The notes under the pieces were generated by a model. It ran no database searches. It saw nothing but the letters and a program-made list of their open reading frames with translations, and was not told where the DNA came from. From assembly GCA_024402405.1 (NCBI GenBank), contig JAKSTW010000001.1, positions 77,190-141,189 of the forward strand: a stretch of 64,000 bases of DNA. The letters are read 5' to 3'. Origin of the DNA: Spirochaetia bacterium. GTDB taxonomy: Bacteria > Spirochaetota > Spirochaetia > CADAEX01. Positions 9,140 through 18,862 of the stretch are shown piece by piece (the stretch's first letter is position 1; every line of letters starts with the position of its first letter). Position numbers and translations under genes: made by a program.

Positions 9140-12000
9140 TTCAGCACCTCCCAGTTCTGCGGATCAAAAATGTTGTCATGAACCTCGTAGATATCAAAAT
9201 CAGCATTGCCAGTCCTCAAAAACTTGGAAGATGAATCATACCGGACAGTAGTTACAATCCTATTATCCGGAATAATCACAGGAATATCATCAACCGCATT
9301 TTTCAAAAACTTTGACGCATCGCTGGAACACATCAGTTTATCGCTTTTCTTTAATTCATCACAAGAAGAAAATTTTTTTACCATAAGAAGAGAATTCAAT
9401 CGACTATTTATTTTAGAGCTAACTAAAGGGTTGTCATTTTCATAATCATTCCCATGATCTGACAACAAAATTATATATGTATTGTCATAAATCCCATTAG
9501 CTTTTAACCAATTACACCATTGAACAAATGACCTAATAAATTCCAAAGCGCTGTAATATGCACTATTTCCTGCATAATAGCTATTTTTATTTTTATCTGG
9601 AAATTTTCCTTCAGCAACAAGAGTTCCATTATCATCAACCCCATATGGGCTGTGTGGAAGGCTGTTATGAAAATATTTAAATGTATTATTTTCTATCTCA
9701 ATATTCGAAATTTCAGGAAGTAACTTCATAAATCCATAATTTTTTAATACATGCTCACGGACAGACCAATATAAAGCAGAAGTTGAAAAAATAAACCAAC
9801 AACTGTCATTATAAATCACTGGTTTCAGGAAATATGGTGAATTCTGAAAAATAGAAAGCATTATAAAAAGATGTCCTTGATTTATCCAATTAACGTTTTT
9901 GCTTCCACTATAGTATTTCTGTTCCCAGATTTTTCCAAAAATATCAGAATCGGTACTGACAGTTCCTTTAAGCGTATCTTTTTCCAAAGATGAAGATCCA
10001 GGATTTACAACAGCAATTGAATAACCATGATTAGAAAAATTATCAAACATAATCCGAGCAGACTCCTGAATAAGTTCGTTACCATTTTTCCCCATTTTAG
10101 TCATGGCTATAGGCAGATACTCTTCTCCGGCAAAAATAGACGGCATGGAACATACTGTTTTCCAAGAAGCTGCAACTGTATTCCTGTACCATGTAAATCC
10201 ACTCAGGATCTGTTCATATTCAGGATTTTCCTCAATAATGCGCTGCATATATCCGCCGGAGAACATATCCGCTACAAACAGCACCACATTCTTGCCAGTT
10301 CTGGAATAGCCGTTTATGACATCATTATCAGCAGGGATCTCAACCAATTCTTTTTCAGGAGGCAGATACATATCCGCAGAACACAGATATTTCACAGTTT
10401 TAATACCTGTAAGTATCAGAAGGCAGCAACATATCACAGCAACCACATTCCTGCACTGAACCAAATAATGCCTGATAAAAACCACTGACAGTACAGAAAG
10501 ACAACCAACAACAAGCAGATCACGTATCAGCAGAAACAATGATCTATCCTCAAGTTTTTCTGCCATGCTAAGCATGGTCTTGTCCAGTTCCCCGTAATTT
10601 CCAGGGAAAATATATCTGTAGACTATCACAGCCATAACAAGGAACATAGAGACTGCGGCCATAGCATGACGTCCGGACTTATCAGCAAAATTAAAAATAA
10701 GGAATGATAAAAGGATCAGACACAGGAATACAGGTATATCTGAAAACAGAAGATTCCATATAGAAATACCAGTCTCAGCAGGAGAAGAGAGAAAAATCTG
10801 AACAGGCCATACCAGGGTCACCAGACCGGCAAGAAACAGGACATTCCAGATATAAAGGCTTTTTATATTTTTATCATCTGTGCGACCCACAATATCTTTT
10901 TTCCCCAGAAGATATGCTGTCGCCATATAGATCAATATATCCGCAGATATGGCTGCAATAAAAATAATTTTCTTCAGAAGAGGGCCATCAGCATCCTGTA
11001 ATTTGAGAATAAAACCTGTCCCTGAAACAGCCAGAAACAGAAGCCCTGAAAAAAGTACTTTCACAAAAGGAGCAATGCTGCTTCTTTTCTGTCTGAAATT
11101 CCGATACCAGCACCACAGAAATATAAATACCAGAATAAAAGCAAGCAATGCTATGCCATAAAACAGATGTTCAAACTGTCTTTTATGAAAGATCAATGCA
11201 CGGCACTGAAAAACAAACAGCAGGAAAACCCCAAGTGCAGTACAGAAACCAGGAGTCAGGCATGTGCATACCTCGTCCTTTATCATTCTGATATAGTCTC
11301 TGAGACCTTTTTCATTTTCGTCAGGCACATACTTCTCGTGAGGGAACAGCCGCAGGAAGATAAGGCTCTTTCCCACAGAAAACACATTGTTCATAGTCCA
11401 GTAGAGAACCAGTGCGGACGGACTTCCATAAAGCAGCAGCAGGAAAACTCCGGCCATTACATACAGTTCCACAATATCACGGAACCGGCTCCCCTTCATG
11501 TAGATGCTGGAAGAGACAATGTTTATCAGGGTCATCGCTACCGGAAGGGCGTTGATACCGAATATAAGCCCATCTGGTCTGGCAAAGTCATTTATGAACC
11601 ACCAGCTGACACCTCTGTATGGCTCATAATGGCTCAGAAGATGATACGCAGCAAAGAAAAAAGGTATCTGTATCAGCAGTCCGAAAGATGTTCTGAATGA
11701 CGATGCGGCAGTATATCCCTCCAGCCGGTGAGTAGCTTTGGTAAGACAATACCGTTTCTGACCGCTATAGTATTTCTTGATATGATCAAGCCGCCGCTTC
11801 ATACGTTTTTCCACAGCCTGTTCCTTGCGTTTCCACACCTCTGCTATGTAGAACAGCGGAAACATTATTATTGTGACACTGAGGCTGAGAAGTATGATGG
11901 AGACACCGAAATTTCCGGTCAGTTTCACATAACTGCAGAACAGGAAACTCAGAACAGTCTCTATCGGTCTGATTATGATCAGATATATAAATTTCAGCAT
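9136..12000 (-). CDS. Large membrane protein: YidC/Oxa1-like insertase core (N-term) + extra TM segments + alkaline-phosphatase-superfamily (LtaS/sulfatase-like) ectodomain, copy 1
   Basis: 954 aa. Residues ~25-215 align by eye with Bacillus SpoIIIJ/YidC: NFGVSIILLSLSVTIIMFPL, CL..LIQIPFFFAAYHLL, ALVLYWTMNNVFSVG. The YidC groove Arg is replaced by Thr. The central region has >=6 further TM helices. The C-terminus has NVVLFVADMFSGG and IILLSDHGNDYEN metal-site motifs. The protein ends ...NWEVLK. Confidence 0.6.
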   Translation of the reverse strand: MLKFIYLIIIRPIETVLSFLFCSYVKLTGNFGVSIILLSLSVTIIMFPLFYIAEVWKRKEQAVEKRMKRRLDHIKKYYSGQKRYCLTKATHRLEGYTAASSFRTSFGLLIQIPFFFAAYHLLSHYEPYRGVSWWFINDFARPDGLIFGINALPVAMTLINIVSSSIYMKGSRFRDIVELYVMAGVFLLLLYGSPSALVLYWTMNNVFSVGKSLIFLRLFPHEKYVPDENEKGLRDYIRMIKDEVCTCLTPGFCTALGVFLLFVFQCRALIFHKRQFEHLFYGIALLAFILVFIFLWCWYRNFRQKRSSIAPFVKVLFSGLLFLAVSGTGFILKLQDADGPLLKKIIFIAAISADILIYMATAYLLGKKDIVGRTDDKNIKSLYIWNVLFLAGLVTLVWPVQIFLSSPAETGISIWNLLFSDIPVFLCLILLSFLIFNFADKSGRHAMAAVSMFLVMAVIVYRYIFPGNYGELDKTMLSMAEKLEDRSLFLLIRDLLVVGCLSVLSVVFIRHYLVQCRNVVAVICCCLLILTGIKTVKYLCSADMYLPPEKELVEIPADNDVINGYSRTGKNVVLFVADMFSGGYMQRIIEENPEYEQILSGFTWYRNTVAASWKTVCSMPSIFAGEEYLPIAMTKMGKNGNELIQESARIMFDNFSNHGYSIAVVNPGSSSLEKDTLKGTVSTDSDIFGKIWEQKYYSGSKNVNWINQGHLFIMLSIFQNSPYFLKPVIYNDSCWFIFSTSALYWSVREHVLKNYGFMKLLPEISNIEIENNTFKYFHNSLPHSPYGVDDNGTLVAEGKFPDKNKNSYYAGNSAYYSALEFIRSFVQWCNWLKANGIYDNTYIILLSDHGNDYENDNPLVSSKINSRLNSLLMVKKFSSCDELKKSDKLMCSSDASKFLKNAVDDIPVIIPDNRIVTTVRYDSSSKFLRTGNADFDIYEVHDNIFDPQNWEVLK

Positions 12001-12004
12001 GAGA

Positions 12005-12448
12005 TTATGGTCTTACAACATCTCCATTGACGATCTTTATGACCTGGGTCGTGGAAATGCCCTGTGTACGAGGAACCACGATCACACGCCCCTGCCTGTA
12101 CAGATGACCGAACCAGTATTTCACATATTCCATATCATCTGCGGCAATGAAAAGAGCATCTATTCTGTACTTATCCATAAAATCATTGACTGCCTTCTCA
12201 TCATAGGCATGAGGTCCCCAGCTGCGGTCCACAATAACTGCATCATCCACATATCTGCAGGATCTGATTATTTCCAGCCGCTCTTCCTGAGAGAATATCG
12301 GTCTTCTTTTTTCCTGTTCTGTGAGAGCATCGGAATCAATGGTAGCCACAACTTCTCTGAACATTTCCTTGGCCCGTTTAAGGAGCCTCACATGACCTAC
12401 ATGAAAAAGGTCAAAAACTCCATTCACAGCACATCTGTCGTATTTCAT
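12005..12448 (-). CDS. tagD: Glycerol-3-phosphate cytidylyltransferase (GCT/TagD family; CDP-glycerol synthesis)
   Basis: 147 aa; GVFDLFHVGHVRLL (HxGH), RYVDDAVIV and PRTQGISTT motifs match TagD/GCT-family cytidylyltransferases. Confidence 0.65.
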   Translation of the reverse strand: MKYDRCAVNGVFDLFHVGHVRLLKRAKEMFREVVATIDSDALTEQEKRRPIFSQEERLEIIRSCRYVDDAVIVDRSWGPHAYDEKAVNDFMDKYRIDALFIAADDMEYVKYWFGHLYRQGRVIVVPRTQGISTTQVIKIVNGDVVRP

Positions 12449-12449
12449 A

Positions 12450-13757
12450 TTATCTTATTCCCACTCCAATATATTTAAAGCCTGTATCTTCAATTATCTT
12501 TCTGTTGTAAATATTACGCAAATCTGCAAAAACATTGCCCTTCATGATGGAATGAATCTTCTCCACATCCAGTGCCCGATACTGATTCCACTCGGTGAGG
12601 ATAACCACTGCATCAGCACCCTCGCAGGTTTCATATGGATTATCCAGATACTTGACTTCAGCAGGAAGAAGTTTTCTGGCCTCTTTCATTCCTTCAGGAT
12701 CACAGGCCTGCACTGCAGCACCTGCCTTGAGCAATTCAGGAACAATGACCAGTGAAGGGGCTTCCCGCATATCATCGGTTTCCGGCTTGAATGTCAGTCC
12801 CAGGATGGCAATCGTTTTTCCTCTGACATCACCGCCAAGAGCAGTCCTGATCTTATCCACCATCTTCAGCTTTTGGTTATAATTGACTTCTGTCACAGAT
12901 TCCAGAATACGCGGTTCCAGACCATTATCATGGAAAATTCTGATAAGTGCAGAAACATCTTTAGGGAAACATGATCCGCCATAACCAGGCCCGGCATGGA
13001 GGAATTTGGAACCGATACGTCTGTCCAGTCCCATTCCCTTGGACACATCCCTGATATCCGCACCGGTCTTCTCACACAGCCCAGATATCTCATTGATAAA
13101 AGATATTTTTGCAGCAAGAAAAGCATTGCTGGCATATTTTATAAGCTCTGCTGTCTCCAGATTGGTCATCACGATCGGAGTTTCCAGAAGATACAATGGC
13201 CTGTAGAGCTCTTTAAGTATGGCTTTGGCTCTCTCGCTCTCAGCCCCCAGAACCACTCTGTCAGGACGCATGAAATCATTTATGGCAGAACCTTCCCGCA
13301 AAAACTCAGGATTGGAGGCAATATCAAAATCCGCATCCGGATTTGTCTCTTTGATAAGCTGATATACTGTCTTGGCAGTTCCTACAGGAACAGTACTTTT
13401 ATCAACTACAACAGTATATCCCTTCAGATGCTGAGCTATCTCTTTGGCCGCAGCAAAAACATAGGTCAGATCGGCATGACCGTCACCATGGCGGGAAGGT
13501 GTTCCAACCGCAATGAAAACAGCATCAGACTCCTCAACATAAGGAGCATATTCCATGGAAAAATTCAGACGTCCGGCTTTAACATTTCTTAAAACCAGCT
13601 CATCCAGCCCCGGCTCATAAATAGGTATCATCCCCTGCTCCAGGGCACCTATCCGTTCCTGGCTTTTATCAATGCATGTCACATCCCATCCGAATTCAGC
13701 AAAGCAGGCACCTGAAACAAGACCTACATAACCAGTTCCGATAACTGAAATTTTCAT
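12450..13757 (-). CDS. ugd: UDP-glucose 6-dehydrogenase
   Basis: 435 aa; MKISVIGTGYVGLVSG NAD motif, catalytic GGSCFPKD; full-length match to UDP-glucose/GDP-mannose dehydrogenase family. Confidence 0.85.
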   Translation of the reverse strand: MKISVIGTGYVGLVSGACFAEFGWDVTCIDKSQERIGALEQGMIPIYEPGLDELVLRNVKAGRLNFSMEYAPYVEESDAVFIAVGTPSRHGDGHADLTYVFAAAKEIAQHLKGYTVVVDKSTVPVGTAKTVYQLIKETNPDADFDIASNPEFLREGSAINDFMRPDRVVLGAESERAKAILKELYRPLYLLETPIVMTNLETAELIKYASNAFLAAKISFINEISGLCEKTGADIRDVSKGMGLDRRIGSKFLHAGPGYGGSCFPKDVSALIRIFHDNGLEPRILESVTEVNYNQKLKMVDKIRTALGGDVRGKTIAILGLTFKPETDDMREAPSLVIVPELLKAGAAVQACDPEGMKEARKLLPAEVKYLDNPYETCEGADAVVILTEWNQYRALDVEKIHSIMKGNVFADLRNIYNRKIIEDTGFKYIGVGIR

Positions 13758-13768
13758 ATTTTCTCCCT

Positions 13769-15013
13769 TTATTTCGATCCAAAACCTGTCAGAATAGTCT
13801 TCAGCGTCTTCATGACGATAAGGACATCCAGCCAGAATCCCATATATTTGATATAATAAAGATCATAACTTAACTTCTCTTCTGTTTCTTCCACACCGGC
13901 AGCATATCCCTGCACCACCTGCGCCCAGCCAGTGATCCCAGGAGAAGTCAGATGACGGTATGCATAGAATGGTATCTCTTTCTCAAATTCCCTGACAAAA
14001 GTCACCTGCTCCGGACGTGGCCCGATAAGGCTCATATCCCCTTTCAGCACATTCACCAGCTGCGGCAGCTCATCTATCCTGAATTTCCGCAGAAATTTTC
14101 CCATAGGAATGATACGGCTGTCATTATCCACTGTAAACTTGGCACCCTGAGCCTCAGATTCAGTGATCATTGTCCTGAACTTATACATTCTGAATGGTTT
14201 GCCGCCACGGCCCATCCTCTCCTGGATAAAAAACGGAGAGCCCTTGGAATTGGCCTTGATGAGTATTACTGCAAAAAGTGAGAGCAGCAGAAAAACCGGA
14301 GAAAATATGATTATAGCCACACATTCTGCAAAATGCTTGAATGCAAAATAAAACTTCGGAATCTTAAATCCAGAGACAACTCCATCTGAAAGATGCTTCA
14401 ATGAAATGCGCCCTGTGACTTTCTCATATACTGTGGCAGCATGATAAATAGGAATATTTGTCAGGCTCACATTGGCAATGAAACGCATCCATTCAGGAGA
14501 TATCTTCTCGTGGTAATCAATTATGATTCCATCACAATGCCTGTGCATCTCAGGATGTTCCAGCAGTTCCCAGTGCCGTCCACCCTTTTTTGCCAGCTCA
14601 GTTCCAAGCCCTATAGGACATATCAGATAGAACATGCTTTTTGGATTTCGGTACAGGAAAAGTCCCAGTCCAATCCATACCACAGATATCAGATAGAATA
14701 TTACCAGGTACTTTCTGGAATAATAGACTCTTCCGATAGCAATGGCAGACAGCAGCACGGCCATTATTATGGTGACAAGGAAAATTGCGATGCTCAGCTG
14801 TTCACGGAAAGAGAAACGCTTTATCTTCAGGGAAAGAAGTCCGGCAGCAAGATATGCCAGGACTGTCAGGCTGAGAAATGTCCTGCGATAAATATAACGC
14901 CAGAATATCAGATCATGGTATACAAAGAAATTGCATACAAACAGCGTAATGATCAATCCACCTAAAATCCACACCAAAGCTTTTATCATGGAACTGTCAA
15001 TCTTATTTTTCAT
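13769..15013 (-). CDS. Undecaprenyl-phosphate sugar-1-phosphate transferase (WbaP/CpsE-type initiating polyprenyl glycosylphosphotransferase)
   Basis: 414 aa; N-terminal TM helices and a C-terminal bacterial sugar transferase domain (SPFFIQERMGRGGKPFRMYKFRTM...DELPQLVNVLKGDMSLIGPRP). Confidence 0.75.
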   Translation of the reverse strand: MKNKIDSSMIKALVWILGGLIITLFVCNFFVYHDLIFWRYIYRRTFLSLTVLAYLAAGLLSLKIKRFSFREQLSIAIFLVTIIMAVLLSAIAIGRVYYSRKYLVIFYLISVVWIGLGLFLYRNPKSMFYLICPIGLGTELAKKGGRHWELLEHPEMHRHCDGIIIDYHEKISPEWMRFIANVSLTNIPIYHAATVYEKVTGRISLKHLSDGVVSGFKIPKFYFAFKHFAECVAIIIFSPVFLLLSLFAVILIKANSKGSPFFIQERMGRGGKPFRMYKFRTMITESEAQGAKFTVDNDSRIIPMGKFLRKFRIDELPQLVNVLKGDMSLIGPRPEQVTFVREFEKEIPFYAYRHLTSPGITGWAQVVQGYAAGVEETEEKLSYDLYYIKYMGFWLDVLIVMKTLKTILTGFGSK

Positions 15014-16145
15014 ATTTTTCCCTCATCCTGTCTTTCACACAGGTAAAAGCAAAAGCAAAACACAGAAGCGGAATAAAGATATTAGTACGATACCGTATAG
15101 CCGCCCCTGAATTCATCACACCCTGGACATACTGGGCAAAAATTACAAACATCATGGAACTCATTCCCAGTACAAGCCACTGATAGAATACCCTAAAATG
15201 ACTATATAATGCTATAGGAACATCATGCAGCATATAGATAAAAACCATGAACAGAAAACCGCTTTCAATGAAAGTGCACAGATGCATTACAGAGAGTCGG
15301 CATTCACCTAAAGTCGGTCCCCACAGAGATATAGGAATCCACACAGGCATTTTTCTGAAAAAATCAAATTGCTGGACAAACATAGGCTCTCTGGTAGATT
15401 TGGCACTCACGCTGTAGATCCTGTGCAGCTTATTAATGGCATAATTATCTATTTTATAACGATATAGATAAATGACTCCTATGCAGCACAAAAACATAAG
15501 CACAAGAAGAAGCAGATCCACATACCACTGCAATCTAAGATGCTGCCGTATAAAAATATAGAACAGACTGACACATAAAAATGGTATATAGTAGAATTTT
15601 ATCACAGTTATAAAATAAACAGCCAGGATCAGGGAGACTGAAAATCCAACTTTCTCACCTTTGAAAAATTTGATGATCTCTGCACATATCACTCCCATGG
15701 AAAAAACTATGAATGCCTCTTTTCCTGCCAGAGACGACCAGATCGCAAAGGATGGGGTGAAACACATAAGAATAAGGACATAGTACATTCTGGTGTTGGC
15801 AGTTCTGGCGGCTTTCAGAAATTTATATATTCCATAATATGCCAGCATAGCAAAAACCAGGTGCACCAATATGCGGAAATGAAGAATACTGCTGACGCTG
15901 CTGACAATAAGCCTGGGCAGAAGAACCCAGTCTGTGAATACCCGGTATCCATGGTTTCTGAAAAGCTCTATGGGAGTTCCGCGCATATAAAGGCTGGTAT
16001 CTCCGAGTCGGTGGATCATTCTGGAGACAACAAATTCCCCCATGAAAGACATGAGAAGCCTATAGAACAAAAGAATCTTTATGAGATTATCAGGAGAAAA
16101 TATTTTTTTTAAAGTGCCAGTCTCTGCCTTGTCCAAATTCATCAC
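15003..16145 (-). CDS. Polytopic membrane protein, putative Wzy/EpsG-like polysaccharide polymerase
   Basis: 380 aa, ~10 TM helices, no soluble domain; operon context with WbaP and Wzx; family assignment by context and topology only. Confidence 0.35.
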   Translation of the reverse strand: MMNLDKAETGTLKKIFSPDNLIKILLFYRLLMSFMGEFVVSRMIHRLGDTSLYMRGTPIELFRNHGYRVFTDWVLLPRLIVSSVSSILHFRILVHLVFAMLAYYGIYKFLKAARTANTRMYYVLILMCFTPSFAIWSSLAGKEAFIVFSMGVICAEIIKFFKGEKVGFSVSLILAVYFITVIKFYYIPFLCVSLFYIFIRQHLRLQWYVDLLLLVLMFLCCIGVIYLYRYKIDNYAINKLHRIYSVSAKSTREPMFVQQFDFFRKMPVWIPISLWGPTLGECRLSVMHLCTFIESGFLFMVFIYMLHDVPIALYSHFRVFYQWLVLGMSSMMFVIFAQYVQGVMNSGAAIRYRTNIFIPLLCFAFAFTCVKDRMREKYEK

Positions 16146-16195
16146 CTTGCTAAAAAACTTATAATATTGTTATAATAATACTGTAGGAAAAAATA
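16146..16195. promoter_or_regulatory. Divergent promoter region; extended -10 TGTTATAAT (16169-16177) 18 nt upstream of the ABC ATPase ATG
   Basis: 50-bp AT-rich gap between divergent genes; TGnTATAAT at 16169-16177; AGGAA SD-like at 16186-16190. Confidence 0.4.
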
Positions 16196-16897
16196 ATGTC
16201 CATAATAAAACTGGAAAATGTAATAAAATCATATCCACTGGGAAAAACCATGGTCACAGCCATCAAGGGCGTTTCCTTTGAGATCGCGGAAGGAGATTTC
16301 GCATCCATCATCGGTCCTTCAGGCAGCGGTAAATCAACCATTCTGAATATGATAGGATGCATCGATGTCCCGACAGAAGGAAAAGTCATCATCAATGGAC
16401 AGACAACCACCGGACTTACAGACAGAGAGATCACAAACCTCCGTCATGACGTGCTTGGATTCATATTCCAGTCTTTCAACCTGCTGCCGGTCCTCAATGT
16501 ATATGAGAACATTGAATTTCCATTTTTGATCAGCAGGAAAAAATATTCTGCAGCAGAAAAAAAAGAGCAGAAAGAATATATAGACCACCTTATCGACGCT
16601 GTAGGACTTTCACAGTGGATCACCCACAAACCGGCTGAACTTTCAGGAGGTCAGCGTCAGCGTGTAGCCATAGCCAGAGCACTGGCAACAAAACCAAAAG
16701 TTGTCCTGGCCGACGAGCCGACAGCCAATCTTGACAGCAAGACAGGTGAGGATATCATCGCGCTGATGAAAAAGATCAACAAAGAGATAAAAACAACCTT
16801 TGTTTTCTCCACTCATGACAAAAATATCTTTTCCATAGCCGATCATGTCATCAGACTGAAAGACGGCATCGTTGCAGAAGATTTCAGACAGAATTAA
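16196..16897 (+). CDS. ABC transporter ATP-binding protein (LolD/MacB/FtsE-type)
   Basis: 233 aa; Walker A GPSGSGKST, signature LSGGQRQRVAIARAL, Walker B VVLADEPT. Confidence 0.85.
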   Translation: MSIIKLENVIKSYPLGKTMVTAIKGVSFEIAEGDFASIIGPSGSGKSTILNMIGCIDVPTEGKVIINGQTTTGLTDREITNLRHDVLGFIFQSFNLLPVLNVYENIEFPFLISRKKYSAAEKKEQKEYIDHLIDAVGLSQWITHKPAELSGGQRQRVAIARALATKPKVVLADEPTANLDSKTGEDIIALMKKINKEIKTTFVFSTHDKNIFSIADHVIRLKDGIVAEDFRQN

Positions 16898-18087
16898 AAT
16901 TTAGAAGTAAGCTCGATAAACAAAGTGAATCCCAGTTTGGTCTTGATAGGAAATTCCTCGTAGAAGTCCTTATCCAACTCTTTGTCACCATAATTCCATG
17001 GAACGGCAAATCTGAATTTTATATGCTTCCATGGTGATATGGTCAGTCCTGCTATAAACTGCCCTGACTCTGTCTGCATAGAATGAAGCCATTTGAGACC
17101 AAATCCTACAGGACTTCCGAACAGATTGTCCACGGAAGTGGCCAGACCAAAACAGTTATCCAGCTCATTCTTATCACGGCCATCAAAATAATATTCACCA
17201 TATAATTTTATACGCTGGCTCTCGTTGGGTTTAGACCACTCTTTATAAAAACCGGCCAGAGCCTCATAAGTCGTCTCCCCATCATAGTTTATGATCCCAT
17301 CGGCCAAAAAATCAGTACCGAAAACAACTGTCTTTATGGAACCCAGAAACCGCTGTCCATCCTCTCTGTTACTGGTGGCAGCAAATGTGAAATTTATATC
17401 TCCGATAGTCTTATCCACTTTTCCGGCATAGGTCAGATCATCACGCCGGAGCTTCTTCACAGGATTGCTCTTATGTCTGTTTTTGTAGAGTATTACAAGA
17501 GAAACACCGTCCAGCATATTCGGAAAAGAAGCACGCAGAGAAGTTCCGTCCTCGCAGTCATCCATAAAATCGCCAGGTCTGAACAGTCGTCCCTGTCCCC
17601 ACTTCATATAACACTTTCCGAAACGGAAGAAAGCCATGTCTTTCAGATTGTAATCACACCAGAGCTCATCGGCCTCTATGTCTCCCCAGGTATCATTTCC
17701 CTTGTCAGACTCCAGCTCAGTCTGGAGCTTACCAAACAGCTGCAGGGTAGGATCAGGAGTGATATCAAAAGTAACATATGCTTTTGAATAGGCTCCTGCT
17801 TCTTTTTCAGGTTTAGACTGGAGAGGCTTTTCATCCCATCCGATACCACCACCGCCGCGCATCAGCAGATACCCTCCGATACGAACTTTGTCACTTTTCT
17901 CAGCCTGCTGTTTGTAATCAATATCGACAGGCTTCTCTATGACAACATCTTCCTGTGGATCTTCAAAAATTGAGTCAAAGGCTTCCTGCAGCTCATTGCC
18001 TTCTTCTGCGGACAATACAAGTCCACACAGAAAAAAAATCAGAGAAAGCCATAATTTCAACAGTCGAAAATTCTTTCTATCAGCCAT
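16894..18087 (-). CDS. Secreted protein, putative outer-membrane beta-barrel (C-terminal Phe)
   Basis: 397 aa; N-terminal signal peptide (LWLSLIFFLCGLVLSAEE); alternating amphipathic pattern in C-terminal half, ends ...IELTSKF (terminal aromatic typical of OMPs). Family not recognised. Confidence 0.4.
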   Translation of the reverse strand: MADRKNFRLLKLWLSLIFFLCGLVLSAEEGNELQEAFDSIFEDPQEDVVIEKPVDIDYKQQAEKSDKVRIGGYLLMRGGGGIGWDEKPLQSKPEKEAGAYSKAYVTFDITPDPTLQLFGKLQTELESDKGNDTWGDIEADELWCDYNLKDMAFFRFGKCYMKWGQGRLFRPGDFMDDCEDGTSLRASFPNMLDGVSLVILYKNRHKSNPVKKLRRDDLTYAGKVDKTIGDINFTFAATSNREDGQRFLGSIKTVVFGTDFLADGIINYDGETTYEALAGFYKEWSKPNESQRIKLYGEYYFDGRDKNELDNCFGLATSVDNLFGSPVGFGLKWLHSMQTESGQFIAGLTISPWKHIKFRFAVPWNYGDKELDKDFYEEFPIKTKLGFTLFIELTSKF

Positions 18088-18862
18088 TAGTCCTGTTTAT
18101 TCTCTCCAGATATTCCTTAGTATACAGAGAATCAGGCTGCTTGTTAAGAGAAGGATCTTTAATTGTAACTGTTGTACGCTCATAGATCTTCTTTCCCTCA
18201 ACCTCTCTGAACACCATATGATCCTGGATCATTATAGTGGCAGGAATCCAACGGCTGTTCACCTGTTGATAACTCGGAATGGCAGAAGATCTCATAAGCT
18301 GGTTGGAAAGGCTGTAATCCTCAATTTTTCTGACCAGATTATCTTCAGAGACCCAGATTTTTTCCCGAGGGAAAGATACTGAATTGGTGTTTGCCTTCAG
18401 ATCAAAGACCTTGCAGTTGAACTTACCCAACTTTTCCTCTGTCACAGAGACGATATCATAATTTTTTGCATAATCGGATCCTGTAAAATCTGAAAGTCGG
18501 AATCCGGAATTCTCAAATCGTTCCTTGGCACTTGTAAAAGTAAAACACTTGCCCACCGGATCATAAAGCCAGAGATTCTTACCAAGCTTGAGATATCCTT
18601 TTCCCTTGTCAGCTGAAGGCTGCAGGATCAGGATCAGAAACTGCTCGGACTTATCCCTTCGGAACATGGCTGCAACAGTTGTGGAAGCAGAACCGTTAGG
18701 ATCTTTTTTCACTATAGTATATTCTGCCGCCAGATCTGATTCCTCAAAATTTACCAGCTCATCAACTTTTCTCAGAATTTCCCTATCACTATCTGCAGCA
18801 AAAGCAGAAAACAAAATACATCCCATCAACAAAACTGCAATAATTAATTTTTTCATTTTCAA
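18080..18862 (-). CDS. LolA-like outer-membrane lipoprotein-sorting family protein
   Basis: 260 aa with signal peptide (MKMKKLIIAVLLMGCILFSAFA); ~250-aa periplasmic protein. Resembles the outer membrane lipoprotein-sorting protein family that co-occurs with FtsX-type permeases and a LolD-like ATPase. Confidence 0.5.
   Translation of the reverse strand: MKMKKLIIAVLLMGCILFSAFAADSDREILRKVDELVNFEESDLAAEYTIVKKDPNGSASTTVAAMFRRDKSEQFLILILQPSADKGKGYLKLGKNLWLYDPVGKCFTFTSAKERFENSGFRLSDFTGSDYAKNYDIVSVTEEKLGKFNCKVFDLKANTNSVSFPREKIWVSEDNLVRKIEDYSLSNQLMRSSAIPSYQQVNSRWIPATIMIQDHMVFREVEGKKIYERTTVTIKDPSLNKQPDSLYTKEYLERINRTNG

Noticed and set aside
16159-16434. Minus-strand 91-aa ORF overlapping the ABC ATPase start and promoter
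   Set aside because: Antisense to the ATPase Walker A region and runs through the divergent promoter; no support.
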